Assembly: GCA_965203805.1 (NCBI GenBank)
Contig: OZ241917.1
Location: forward strand, 5,632,001 to 5,696,000
Length of the DNA: 64,000 bases
Origin: Candidatus Latescibacterota bacterium
GTDB lineage: Bacteria > Latescibacterota > UBA2968 > GCA-2709665
Direction of reading: 5' to 3'
In this document: in pieces, positions 36,424-46,248 of the stretch
Position numbering within the stretch: the first letter of the stretch is position 1
Layout: every line of letters starts with the position of its first letter
Translations under genes and position numbers: made by a program
Notes under the pieces: generated by a model
Seen by the model: the letters and a program-made list of their open reading frames with translations, nothing else
What the model was told of the DNA's origin: nothing
Databases searched by the model: none

Positions 36424-38226
36424 CTACCGATACCATCGAGCCTGATTCCGGTACAGTTCAGCGTACTGACCGTTCATCGCCAGGAGTTCCCTATGACTCC
36501 CTTCCTCGATACACCGGCCTTGCTGTAACAGCAGTATTCTGTCGGCGAGTCTGCAGGATCCGAGGCGATGGGAGATTAGGATGACGGTGCGTTTTTCAGC
36601 AATCCGGGCAAAGTGAGTGTATACATCGGCCTCCGCCTTTGCGTCGAGTGCGGAGGCCGGCTCATCGAGAATCAGGATTTCTGCCGGGCGCATATATGCC
36701 CGGGCTATTGCAAGCTTCTGCCACTGGCCGATGGAGAGTTCGCTGCCACGTTGATAGGTCTTGCCGAGCGGGGTTTCCAACCCATGAGGCAGGGTTTCAA
36801 CCACTTGATAAGCACCGCTCTTCGCCGCCGCGTCTTCAACCGCGCCTGCTTGCGCCTCCATCCAACCGCAGGCTATATTCTCCCGCGCTGTGAGTTCATA
36901 CCGGTTGTAATCCTGAAACACGACACCCGTGCGCCGGAGCCATTCGACGGGAGGGACTTCCCGGAGATCCACCCCATCTACCAGAATTCGCCCGTTGGTC
37001 GGAACGAATAGACCCAGAATCAGCTTGACGAGTGTGCTCTTGCCGGCCCCGTTCTCACCGACGACTGCAATGCGTTCGCCCGGCCGAATGTTGAGGTTGA
37101 GGTCTGAAAGCGACGGAAGATGACTTTCCGGATAGATGAACGAGACGTCCTCAAGGGCGATTCCCTTCTGCAATGTTGCCGACGTACTGCGACTCCCGGG
37201 TGACGCGGCCGACGGCCGATCAACAAACTCGAAATAGTCCTGCACGTAGCGCAGGTCATCGTAAATGATCGATGCGCCCCAGACGAGACTGCGGTAGTGG
37301 CTCTGAAGTTGCTCGATCGCATAAAAGAAGGCGGCATACGCTCCGATTGTCGCGCGACCTGCAAAGAGGAGTCCGAGACTGAATGTCACCGCTGCGATAT
37401 AGGTTACAGTGTTCAGACCATCAGATACGAGTCCGAGCTTCGCCTCTTTCTTCGCAAGGCGCATTCGCCTTCGGGAAAGCTTTTCCCACAACGCATCGGC
37501 ACGGTTGATGAGCCAGGCGCCGAAGGCGAACATCCGGACTTCGGCCGCTGCTTCGCGACCCGACAATATCTTTTGGTAGATTTCAAACTTTCGCTCGTCG
37601 GGCGTAAGGTCTCGGACGGTACGATAACGCGCCTTGTTGACGCGTTCGCGAAGGAATACACCGGGACTCGTTCCAATGATCAGGATAAGTGGCAGCACCC
37701 AGTGGAAACTTGCCAGGTAAGACAGGAGGGACACAAGAGCTACGACGTCGCTCACGCTTCGCCACATAAAAGTCAGTGTGCTGAATAGCCGCCGCTCAAT
37801 GCCGCGCCGCGCGCGTTGCAGTTTGTCGTGAAATGCCGCCGTTTCCAGTTGCGCAAGGGGAAGTGCCTGGGCCTTTCGATAGCATTGCTCCTCAATATGG
37901 CCGCGGAGTCCCTCTTGAAAGTGGTTGGCCCTGGTATCGGAGATCAGGCCTATTCCATATCCAGCCAGGTTTAATCCAACAAGTGCTACCGCCCAAAGGA
38001 TGGCCTCGGAAAATTGGATCTCGCTCCGTACTACAGCCGCCGCGGCATCGATGAACTTACACAAGAGATATACTTGAGCAGCGGTGACCAACCCCCTTGA
38101 ACCGTTCAGCACAAGCAGGCTTATCGCCACACTGCAATCGAACGCGAAAATCGTCCGAATGAGGCGTCGTAATGAAGAAAGACGTCCTGGATTCCAGCTT
38201 CCCGGTCCGATCGCGCGCCCATTCAT
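36424..38226 (-). CDS. ABC exporter, fused permease/ATPase
   Basis: GENGAGKS, LSIGQWQK, LDEP, ISHR; TGATG overlap with the upstream paralog. Confidence 0.92.
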   Translation of the reverse strand: MNGRAIGPGSWNPGRLSSLRRLIRTIFAFDCSVAISLLVLNGSRGLVTAAQVYLLCKFIDAAAAVVRSEIQFSEAILWAVALVGLNLAGYGIGLISDTRANHFQEGLRGHIEEQCYRKAQALPLAQLETAAFHDKLQRARRGIERRLFSTLTFMWRSVSDVVALVSLLSYLASFHWVLPLILIIGTSPGVFLRERVNKARYRTVRDLTPDERKFEIYQKILSGREAAAEVRMFAFGAWLINRADALWEKLSRRRMRLAKKEAKLGLVSDGLNTVTYIAAVTFSLGLLFAGRATIGAYAAFFYAIEQLQSHYRSLVWGASIIYDDLRYVQDYFEFVDRPSAASPGSRSTSATLQKGIALEDVSFIYPESHLPSLSDLNLNIRPGERIAVVGENGAGKSTLVKLILGLFVPTNGRILVDGVDLREVPPVEWLRRTGVVFQDYNRYELTARENIACGWMEAQAGAVEDAAAKSGAYQVVETLPHGLETPLGKTYQRGSELSIGQWQKLAIARAYMRPAEILILDEPASALDAKAEADVYTHFARIAEKRTVILISHRLGSCRLADRILLLQQGRCIEEGSHRELLAMNGQYAELYRNQARWYR

Positions 38227-40094
38227 CAAACGTCACCTCCATCTTCCCGGGTGTACCAACCCGCCTGGAGGCGGTACATCCGAGCGTATTCGCCGTCAGC
38301 CTCGAGCAGTGTCTGGTGTGACCCCTCCTCCACAAGGCGACCTTCCTTCAGAACGAGAATTCGGTTGGCGAGGCGGGCCGATCCCAATCGGTGCGAAATG
38401 AAGACGGTACATCTCCCGCTGACTGCGGATCCGAAAACCCGATACACTTGCACCTCGGCCTTGGGGTCCAACGCCGAAGTGGGCTCATCCAGGACGACGA
38501 CTTCGCAGTTTTTTCGAATGAATGCCCTGGCCATCGCCAATCGTTGCCATTGGCCTGTCGAGAGTTCGACCCCGCCGTCGAATTCCTTGCTCAATACGGA
38601 CCGGAACCTCAAAGGCAGTTCGTTTACAAAGTCATAGGCGCCACTGCTTTGCGCTGCGTTGACGATCTCGGAAGATACGGCCCCGCCCTGGTCTCCCTCG
38701 TTCAGCAACGAAATCCGCCCGAATCCGATGTTTTCATAAACCGTAAGTTCATAACGCACGAAATCCTGAAACACGGCAGTCGCCATCAGACGCCATGCCG
38801 GCAAATCCATCTCGGAGAGATCGACACCGTCAACTGTAATCCGGCCCCGTGTCGGCAGGTACAATCCGAGCAGCAATCGGGCGACCGTGCTCTTGCCCGC
38901 GCCGTTTTCACCTACGAGTGCTACCCGTTCTCCTGGCGATAGTGTCAAATTGAGATCGGTGATCGCAGGGCGGACCGAACCCGGGTAGGCAAAACTCACA
39001 CCGTGAAATCGGATACTGTGTTGCACGGAACGCGGTGGCTGCAGTTTGTTTCGAGGTTTCGCACTCTCGTCGGCCAATTCGAGAAACTCGCGCAGGTGGC
39101 GCAGTTGGATGAGGTGCTGAGCCAGTTGAGAAACACCAAATGAAGCCGACTGTGCCAATTCGCGAAAGCGAACGATGCCGTAGAGCAAAGCCACCATGGT
39201 TCCCACACTTATGGTTCCCCGCGCAGCCACGATCACGAGCGCCAGGCTGTTCGTCCAAATAATGATATCGTGTGCGCATGCGCTTAACAGTTGAACGAAG
39301 GCCAGCCGAAAGCGGGCATTTTTGATGACAGCGACGTAGCGTTCAAAGGCGCGCCGCCAGTACCCCAGCAAATATTCGCCCAACTGATACGCCCGGATTT
39401 CGGCGGCAGCGCGACGGCTTGAGAGAAGCGCCCCCCAATAGTCGATTTCCTGCCGTTGAGGTGAGCTCTTGTAGTTGACATCAATGAACTGAGCCACGTG
39501 CCTCGCGCCTATGACGGTGTTGACGATCATCGTCATAACCAGTACAACGGCCAGCGCCCAGTGGGCGTCAACAAAAAGCACCAGCAAGCCCGCGGCGCCG
39601 ACCGCAATCGATATCAAAGAACCGAACTCATTCAAGACGTCTGCGAGATGTGGTCCGATGGCACGTTTACCCGTTTCCAGCTTGTCATAGTACGCACGGC
39701 CGTCAAAGGCGCTCAGTGGTACCGAGACCGACTTGCTGACGACGTCACGTTGCATTTCGCCACCGACCCGCTGATAAATCGCGGAAGCGAGATATCTGGA
39801 GTATTCCGCGTTGACGTTCCGGATGAGCAGAGCAACTGAGAAGGCTGCAAGCCACGGGACGACGTCTGGCCACCCGACAGTCGGACTGTCGCTCACAACG
39901 TCGACAAGCCCTTTCATCCCCCACACAACGACCGGCGTAGCGACTCCGGATATCAGGCTTACCAGAGTGAGCAGCGTCGCCTCGAGGAGGGCGTGACGCC
40001 TGAGCAACCTGATCAGATATCCAAGACCGCCGAATCTGATCCGAAGCCGCGCCAGGCGAGTGGCTCCACGGCGATCAGTGCTGGAATCAACCAT
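38226..40094 (-). CDS. ABC exporter, fused permease/ATPase
   Basis: GENGAGKS, LSTGQWQR, LDEPT, ISHR. Confidence 0.92.
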   Translation of the reverse strand: MVDSSTDRRGATRLARLRIRFGGLGYLIRLLRRHALLEATLLTLVSLISGVATPVVVWGMKGLVDVVSDSPTVGWPDVVPWLAAFSVALLIRNVNAEYSRYLASAIYQRVGGEMQRDVVSKSVSVPLSAFDGRAYYDKLETGKRAIGPHLADVLNEFGSLISIAVGAAGLLVLFVDAHWALAVVLVMTMIVNTVIGARHVAQFIDVNYKSSPQRQEIDYWGALLSSRRAAAEIRAYQLGEYLLGYWRRAFERYVAVIKNARFRLAFVQLLSACAHDIIIWTNSLALVIVAARGTISVGTMVALLYGIVRFRELAQSASFGVSQLAQHLIQLRHLREFLELADESAKPRNKLQPPRSVQHSIRFHGVSFAYPGSVRPAITDLNLTLSPGERVALVGENGAGKSTVARLLLGLYLPTRGRITVDGVDLSEMDLPAWRLMATAVFQDFVRYELTVYENIGFGRISLLNEGDQGGAVSSEIVNAAQSSGAYDFVNELPLRFRSVLSKEFDGGVELSTGQWQRLAMARAFIRKNCEVVVLDEPTSALDPKAEVQVYRVFGSAVSGRCTVFISHRLGSARLANRILVLKEGRLVEEGSHQTLLEADGEYARMYRLQAGWYTREDGGDV

Positions 40095-40355
40095 ACCGAT
40101 GCTCTCCAGTGTCGGCGAACCATTCTACCAGTACCTGTGAAACGGAAATCTACTTTACTCGGCAGTACCTGGATCCCATGGGGACGAACTCGGGCGAGCC
40201 CGAAGGTCGCGGTTCGGATACGGGTACGTCGAGTCAGCTTGGAAGCGACTTCAGATTGGTTTCAGCTGGTGATGGAGTACGGAGACAGGAAGAGGGTAAG
40301 GGCAGGCTGGTGGAGAACGCAACGTTTTAATAATAAACGGAATGCGCGAAAAAAC

Positions 40356-40430
40356 TGGTGACCCCGAGGGGAGTCGAACCCCCGTTGCCGGGTTGAAAAC
40401 CCGGTGTCCTAACCACTGAACGACGGGGTC
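40356..40430 (-). tRNA. tRNA-Glu (TTC)
   Basis: GACCCCG acceptor stem; anticodon arm CCGGG-TT TTC AA-CCCGG; GGTTCGACTCC; CCA end. Confidence 0.95.
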
Positions 40431-40448
40431 ACCCGAATCGAAGGTCGG

Positions 40449-40561
40449 AATTTATAGAAATCCCCTTTCGCTGTCAAGTTAATCGTTGCGAACGCAGGGG
40501 ATCTGCGAGCAGTTGTCTTCGCTGGAATACGCTTGACATTTCCGGTTGGTTTTTGTTTATT
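40449..40561. promoter_or_regulatory. Divergent sigma70 promoters for the two tRNAs
   Basis: Minus strand TTGACA-17-TAAATT (40477-40449); plus strand TTGACA-17-TTTATT (40533-40561). Confidence 0.55.
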
Positions 40562-40664
40562 CAAAGGTGCTTGAATTCGGCACTTTTCCGTTATGGAATC
40601 GACGATTTCACGCGATCCGAAAACAGGGAACAAGCGTCAAGTGAACCGTCTGATATCTTCAGGT

Positions 40665-40741
40665 GGGCGATTAGCTCAGCTGGTTAGAGCGCTGGTTTCA
40701 CATACCAGAGGTCACTGGTTCGAGTCCAGTATCGCCCACCA
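40665..40741 (+). tRNA. tRNA-Val (CAC)
   Basis: GGGCGAT acceptor; TAGCTCAG; anticodon arm CTGGT-TT CAC AT-ACCAG; GGTTCGAGTCC; CCA end. Confidence 0.95.
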
Positions 40742-40852
40742 TGATCCGATAAGCGAGGTGGTCCGGGCCTGTCCACGAGTGGATCGGGACGGCCGGCAAT
40801 CGTCAGGGTGCATTCAATAAATGAATGCGCCCTGTTTTTTTGGAGACCGCGT

Positions 40853-41566
40853 ATGAAAGAAAGCCTGCTTAGACTTTTGAACCTGCAGCACATCGATACC
40901 GAATTGGACAAACTCAAAAAGGTGCAGTCAGATTTCCCTGAAGCGATCGCGGAACTTCGCGCAAAGCTGGAAACCGCGAAACAGGCGGTGGACGACAAGA
41001 AGCAGCAGGCTGCCGACCTGGAAAAAAACCGCCGTCATCTGGAGGGCGAGCTGGAGACCATACAGGCTGATCTGAAGAAACACCAGGATCGACTGATGGA
41101 AGTGAAGACAAACCGGGAATACGATGCGCTCCAGATTGAAATCGAAGTACTGAGGACCCGCGCCGACGAGAGTGAGACCATGATCCTCGAGAGCATCGAG
41201 CAACACGACGACCTGAAGACAATGCTCGAGGAAGAAGAAAGCGCATACAAGGCGCTTGAAGCCGATTATCTCGGTCAGATAAAGGATCTCCAGGGTCGCC
41301 TGGACCTGGTGGACGGCGAGGCCAGCGGATGGCGAAAAAAACGATCGGTTGCCGAAGAATCGGTGGACAGACCGGTGCTGTCCAATTACAACCGGATCCG
41401 CAGCGTTGTGAGGGACGGCGTTGCCGTGGTGCCGATCGGCAAGGGTTCCTGCGGCGGCTGCTTCAGACAACTGCCACCGCAGCTTCACGTGGAAGTCAGG
41501 CGCCAGGACAGGATCATCCGTTGCGAGAACTGCGGCCGGATGCTGGTGTGGAGGGAAGAAGGCTGA
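40853..41566 (+). CDS. Coiled-coil protein with C4 zinc ribbon (DUF164/CdsZ-like)
   Basis: LLNLQHID, VKTNREYDAL, CGGC...CENCGRML. Confidence 0.9.
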   Translation: MKESLLRLLNLQHIDTELDKLKKVQSDFPEAIAELRAKLETAKQAVDDKKQQAADLEKNRRHLEGELETIQADLKKHQDRLMEVKTNREYDALQIEIEVLRTRADESETMILESIEQHDDLKTMLEEEESAYKALEADYLGQIKDLQGRLDLVDGEASGWRKKRSVAEESVDRPVLSNYNRIRSVVRDGVAVVPIGKGSCGGCFRQLPPQLHVEVRRQDRIIRCENCGRMLVWREEG

Positions 41567-41567
41567 C

Positions 41568-41990
41568 ATGGCGGACAACGAGACAGTAACACTCTACGTG
41601 GACGGCGCGGCGAAGGGCAATCCCGGTCCCGCGGGCATCGGCGTCCGGGTCGAACTCAAGGGCGTGGTTCTGTCTGAACATTCGGAATTCATCGGCGAAG
41701 CCACCAACAACGTCGCAGAGTACAAGGCGCTCATTTACGGGCTGGAAATCGTCCGAAGGCTGCGCGTGACACGTGTCAACGTCTTATCGGACAGTGAATT
41801 GATGGTCAGGCAGTTGAACGGAAAATACAAGGTCAAGAACTCGAAACTGTTACCGTTGTACGATTTTGTCGTTGACATTGTCAGTTCGATGGACGGATTT
41901 ACGATCCGACACGTTTCGCGTTCGGAAAACCGGCACGCCGACCGCCTGGCCAATAAGGGAATATCGGAGGCCCAGAATCGCAATTCGTGA
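41568..41990 (+). CDS. rnhA: Ribonuclease HI
   Basis: YVDGAAKGNPGPAG, TNNVAEY.AL, DSEL, N..ADRLAN. Confidence 0.9.
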   Translation: MADNETVTLYVDGAAKGNPGPAGIGVRVELKGVVLSEHSEFIGEATNNVAEYKALIYGLEIVRRLRVTRVNVLSDSELMVRQLNGKYKVKNSKLLPLYDFVVDIVSSMDGFTIRHVSRSENRHADRLANKGISEAQNRNS

Positions 41991-42019
41991 GCAGCCGGGC
42001 GGTTCACGAGTCCACAATA

Positions 42020-42434
42020 CAGGCAAGCGGGCCGGATGGCCGCGCCCAGGCAGCACGGATGGACTTTATCAACGGGCTGCTGATCGGGTGAGGAAAGTCC
42101 GAGCTCCAGAGGGCAGGATGCTGGGTAACTCCCAGTCGGGGCGACCCGAAGGAAAGTGCCACAGAGAACAGACCGCCAGCGGGCGAGACCACGGTTTCGT
42201 TGCGGGCAAGGGTGAAACGGCGGGGTAAGAGCCCACCGCGCTCCCGGAGACGGGAGCGGCACGGTAAACCCCATCCGGAGCAAGGCCAAATAGGAGCGGA
42301 GAGGCGGCCCGTCTCGTTACAACGCTCGGGTAGGCTGCGCAGAGGCGCCGGGCAACCGGCGTCCCAGATAAATGGCCATCCGTCCGGCGCGCCGCGCCGG
42401 ACGACAGAACTCGGCTTACAGGCCCGCTTGCCTG
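42020..42434 (+). ncRNA. rnpB: RNase P RNA (bacterial type A)
   Basis: GAGGAAAGTCC, GAAAGTGCCACAGA, GGTAAACCCC, GAGCAA, ACAGAACTCGGCTTA; terminal P1 CAGGCAAGCGGGCC/GGCCCGCTTGCCTG. Confidence 0.95.
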
Positions 42435-42447
42435 AATATCCCCCGTA

Positions 42448-43284
42448 GTGGAGTTGGGATTGAGCTTTCTTCAGAAATTCCATCAGGCCGTCGACACCCG
42501 GAACAGCCGGGTGTGCGTGGGCCTGGATCCCGATCCTGAACGTCTGCCGGCTCACCTCAGGGGCGCCGCGAATCCGGTCAGTGCCTTTCTCAGGGAAATC
42601 GTCGCCGCCACAGAGGACCTCGTCTGCGCCTACAAACCCAACTTCGCCTTCTTCGGCGCACTGGGTCCGGCAGGTTGGCAGAGCCTCGGGGACGTTATCG
42701 GCGCCATTCCCGATACGACGCCCGTTCTGCTCGACTTCAAGGCCGGAGATATCGGCAATTCCTCCGCCCGTTACGCGCAGATGGCCTACGACACGCTCGG
42801 CGTCGACGCGGTCACCGCAAACCCGCTCATGGGCTTCGACGCCATGGGCCCATTCCTGGACTACGACGACCGCTGCGCGTTTCTGCTCAGTCTCACCTCC
42901 AACCCCGGGTCGGCGGACTTCCAGCGGCTTTCCACGCCGGACGGCCCTCTCTACCAGCACATCGCGAGGAAAGCGGTTGAATGGTCCGCCACGGGTCCAT
43001 GCGGGCTGGTGGTTGGGGCGACGCACCCGCGGGAACTCGCGACGGTCCGTAGTATCGCGCCGGAGCTTCCCATCCTCGTCCCCGGCATCGGCGCCCAGAT
43101 GGGCGATGCCGGCGCGGTGATCCGGTACGGCGCCGACGCGAACGGAGGCGGGCTGCTTGTCAACGCATCCAGGAGCGTGCTCTACGCCTCGTCCGGCCGC
43201 GATTTTGCAGACGCCGCCCGGCAAGCCGCCGACAGGCTGCGCGCCGACCTGGAACGGGAGCGGGCAGCACTGCCGATCGCGTAA
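42448..43284 (+). CDS. pyrF: Orotidine-5'-phosphate decarboxylase
   Basis: CVGLDP, YKPNFAFF, DFKAGDIGN, TSNPGS, LVVGAT, PGIGAQ, NASRS; start uncertain. Confidence 0.93.
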   Translation: MELGLSFLQKFHQAVDTRNSRVCVGLDPDPERLPAHLRGAANPVSAFLREIVAATEDLVCAYKPNFAFFGALGPAGWQSLGDVIGAIPDTTPVLLDFKAGDIGNSSARYAQMAYDTLGVDAVTANPLMGFDAMGPFLDYDDRCAFLLSLTSNPGSADFQRLSTPDGPLYQHIARKAVEWSATGPCGLVVGATHPRELATVRSIAPELPILVPGIGAQMGDAGAVIRYGADANGGGLLVNASRSVLYASSGRDFADAARQAADRLRADLERERAALPIA

Positions 43285-43365
43285 TTGAAGGGCTGCGAGC
43301 CGGCGCCGGGCGCAGGAATACGCCGGGCGAATTTTAACGTCGCCTCGAACCCGGGAGACACCGCA

Positions 43366-44181
43366 ATGGAACGCCGAAAACTAACCGGAGAACAGAAACA
43401 GCAGTGGGCGATCGACGGGTATATCCTGCTCAAGGGCGTCCTCTCGCCTGCGGAAACCGGAGACTTCCGGCGGGAAGTGGACCGGTTGCATCGTAAATTT
43501 GTCCTTAACAGGTCCGGCGCGGACCCGAAGTCCGGCCTGGACCGGAGAAATATACTCCCGGACAGCGACGCCTTCATCCATCTCATGGACCATCCCGGCG
43601 TGTTTGACATCTTTCTGGAACTGATGGGTCCGTACCTCCAGTTGAGCATGGCCGAGGCCGTCGTCCGACCGCCAAACCCGGGGTACAAGGGCTTTATACA
43701 CACCGACGGCGGCCAGGCCCTCCGCCACATCCGCGTTACCGAGACAAGCTGGCCGCTTCAGATCAAGATTCAGTATTTTCTCACGGACGTCAGAAAGCCC
43801 GACCGCGGTAATTTCACCATTTTCCCCGGCAGCCACCTGAGACCCTACCCGGAGGGAGAAGCGCCCATTACGGCCCGAACTCCCGGCGCGGTGCAGCTAT
43901 GCGCTGAAGCTGGCGACGCGGCGGTCTTTTCCCATGCACTCTGGCACGGCGTCTCCCCCAATCTTTCCGGACGGTCCCGGAAAACCCTCATATACTGCTA
44001 CAGCCAGCAGTGCTTCCGGACGTTTGACTTTAACGGGCATTCACCTGAAGTCCTGTCGAAATGTACGCCGCGGCAACGCCGTCTGCTGGGGGACCTGGGC
44101 AGGGACTGGCGCCCCGGCGCATACTTCTACAGTCCCGAAGACCAGGTGGAGATCATCGAACAGAAGCCTGAAGTCGTCTGA
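43366..44181 (+). CDS. Phytanoyl-CoA dioxygenase family protein
   Basis: DGYILLKGVLS, HTD, PGSH, AGDA..F...LWHG. Confidence 0.88.
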   Translation: MERRKLTGEQKQQWAIDGYILLKGVLSPAETGDFRREVDRLHRKFVLNRSGADPKSGLDRRNILPDSDAFIHLMDHPGVFDIFLELMGPYLQLSMAEAVVRPPNPGYKGFIHTDGGQALRHIRVTETSWPLQIKIQYFLTDVRKPDRGNFTIFPGSHLRPYPEGEAPITARTPGAVQLCAEAGDAAVFSHALWHGVSPNLSGRSRKTLIYCYSQQCFRTFDFNGHSPEVLSKCTPRQRRLLGDLGRDWRPGAYFYSPEDQVEIIEQKPEVV

Positions 44182-44349
44182 ACGTCAATCCGTTTCGCAC
44201 CCTCTCCCGCCCGCCTCGTTCCGGAATCTCCGCCGCGCTTCATCAATGTCCGCGTCCGTTCGTCTTCCGGCAGGATTGCGTTTCCGTCGTGCACGAGCTG
44301 CGGCGCCTTCGTCCCGTCGGTAACGGCCGGCCTGTGGAGAATTGCGTAG

Positions 44350-46248
44350 ATGCCGCTGGTTCAACTCGAAAACGTCCACAAGTCCTACGGGGCCAATCCT
44401 GTGCTGACCGGCCTCACGTGGAAGATCGAAGCGGGCGGCCGCTTTGGCCTGGTCGGGCGCAACGGATGCGGGAAGACGACGCTTTTTCACCTCATCACCG
44501 GTCACCTGCAACCGGACAGCGGGCGGATATACACGAAACGGAATCTGAACGTCGGATATCTGGCGCAGGACCCGCAACTGAACGACGGATCGGTCGTTCT
44601 GGACACGGTGCTGGACGCGTTTTCAGACCTCTTGGACATGCACCGCCGGATGGCCGTTCTGGAAGAACGGCTGACCGAAGGCGCCGATCAGACAGCGCTG
44701 CTGGACGAATACGGGCGCCTGCAACACGCCTACGAAGACCGGGGCGGCTATGAGATTGAAGACCGTGCAAAGGCCATCCTTCACGGGTTGGGTTTCGGTC
44801 GGAAGGATCTCGAAGCCCCTGTAAATCTGTTGAGCGGGGGCCAGAAAAACCGCCTGGCGCTTGCCCGCCTGCTTGTTCGCGAGCCCGACCTGCTTCTTCT
44901 CGACGAACCCACCAATCACCTGGACCTGGAGGCCATCGAATGGCTGGAAGGATTCCTGCCCGCCTTCCACGGCGCCTTCGTGGTCGTCTCCCATGACCGG
45001 TATTTTCTGGACCGTACCATCGACCGGATCATGGAGCTCGAAAACGGGGTCCTGGCAGGGTACGCGGGCAATTACAGTTTCTATGCCGCCGAAAGGGAGG
45101 AGCGTCTCGCGCGGCGTTGGAAGACCTACGAGCGGCAGCAGGAATACATTCAGAAGACCGAGGACTTTATCAGACGGAACATCGCGGGTCAAAAGACGAA
45201 ACAGGCACAGAGCCGCAGAAAGACCCTGGAAAAACTGGACAGACACGAGCGCCCCGGGGGGGAGAAGGCGTTCCGCCTGAGCTTCACTTCCGCCGAGAGA
45301 GGCGGCAACCGGGTTGCGGAACTCGAGCGGGTATCGAAAGCCTACGGCGAGAAGGTCCTGTTCCGGGACCTGGATCTGCTCGTCCGCCGCGGCGACCGCT
45401 TGGGTATTATCGGACCCAACGGGTCGGGCAAGTCAACCCTCCTGAAGCTGCTCGCAGGCCGCGTCGCGACCGATGGCGGGACGGTTAAAACCGGCTCGAA
45501 CATTCGGGTGGGTTACTACGATCAGCATCGGGACGAACTCATCCCCGGACATACGCTGCAGGAGGAAATCCAGGCAGTCACACCTGACGCGACGGTGGGA
45601 GAAATCCGCAGTGTGCTGGGCGCTTTTCTCTTCTCGGGCGACGACGTCGAGCGCAAAATCAGCAACCTCAGCGGCGGAGAGAAAAGCAGGGTGGCACTGG
45701 CCAGACTGATGAGATCCGAAACCAATCTCCTGGTTCTGGACGAACCCACCAATCACCTGGATATTCCATCCAGGGATGTGCTCGAGGCGGCCCTGATGAC
45801 GTACGGCGGAACCCTCATCGCCGTTTCGCACGATCGCTACTTTCTGAACCTGCTGGTGGACAGACTGCTCGTGCTCGGGAACGGAACGTGGGAGATTGTC
45901 GAGGGCAACTACGACGCATGGCAGCGCCGGCGGACGACGCGGGAGGATTCGCAAAAGCCGACCTCACGCAGGAATTCGTCCCAGAAGGACCTGTACGAAC
46001 GGAAACGGGCCGACCGCAGGGCGCAGGAGGGGCGCCAGCGGCGCCTGGAAGCCATCGAGAAGGAGATCCTGGATCTCGAGGCGGAACTCGAACGCCTGAA
46101 CGGGCAGCTCGTGCTGGATGACCGGGCGTCGGATTGGGAACACCTCCAGTCGGTCTCCGAGGAGCGCCGGCGCGTCCAGGCCCGCATCGAGGAGCGCATG
46201 GCGGCGTGGGAAGCGCTCGAAACGACGGGTGGGAAGGGCGGGGCATGA
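44350..46248 (+). CDS. ABC-F family ATPase
   Basis: Two ABC domains with LSGG and DEPTNHLD, no TM segments, C-terminal coiled coil. Confidence 0.93.
   Translation: MPLVQLENVHKSYGANPVLTGLTWKIEAGGRFGLVGRNGCGKTTLFHLITGHLQPDSGRIYTKRNLNVGYLAQDPQLNDGSVVLDTVLDAFSDLLDMHRRMAVLEERLTEGADQTALLDEYGRLQHAYEDRGGYEIEDRAKAILHGLGFGRKDLEAPVNLLSGGQKNRLALARLLVREPDLLLLDEPTNHLDLEAIEWLEGFLPAFHGAFVVVSHDRYFLDRTIDRIMELENGVLAGYAGNYSFYAAEREERLARRWKTYERQQEYIQKTEDFIRRNIAGQKTKQAQSRRKTLEKLDRHERPGGEKAFRLSFTSAERGGNRVAELERVSKAYGEKVLFRDLDLLVRRGDRLGIIGPNGSGKSTLLKLLAGRVATDGGTVKTGSNIRVGYYDQHRDELIPGHTLQEEIQAVTPDATVGEIRSVLGAFLFSGDDVERKISNLSGGEKSRVALARLMRSETNLLVLDEPTNHLDIPSRDVLEAALMTYGGTLIAVSHDRYFLNLLVDRLLVLGNGTWEIVEGNYDAWQRRRTTREDSQKPTSRRNSSQKDLYERKRADRRAQEGRQRRLEAIEKEILDLEAELERLNGQLVLDDRASDWEHLQSVSEERRRVQARIEERMAAWEALETTGGKGGA

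Noticed and set aside
40095-40355. RiPP precursor upstream of the ABC pair
   Set aside because: No co-oriented ORF with an RBS or leader/core pattern, and no modifying enzymes nearby.
40768-40788. CCTGTCCACGAGTGGATCGGG as a ninth CCTG element
   Set aside because: Ends do not match CCTGCCTG/CAGRCAGG; it may be a related hairpin but is not counted.
40853-42434. Zinc ribbon-rnhA-rnpB cluster as a novel RNA-processing system
   Set aside because: This neighbourhood is known from other bacteria; ordinary housekeeping context.
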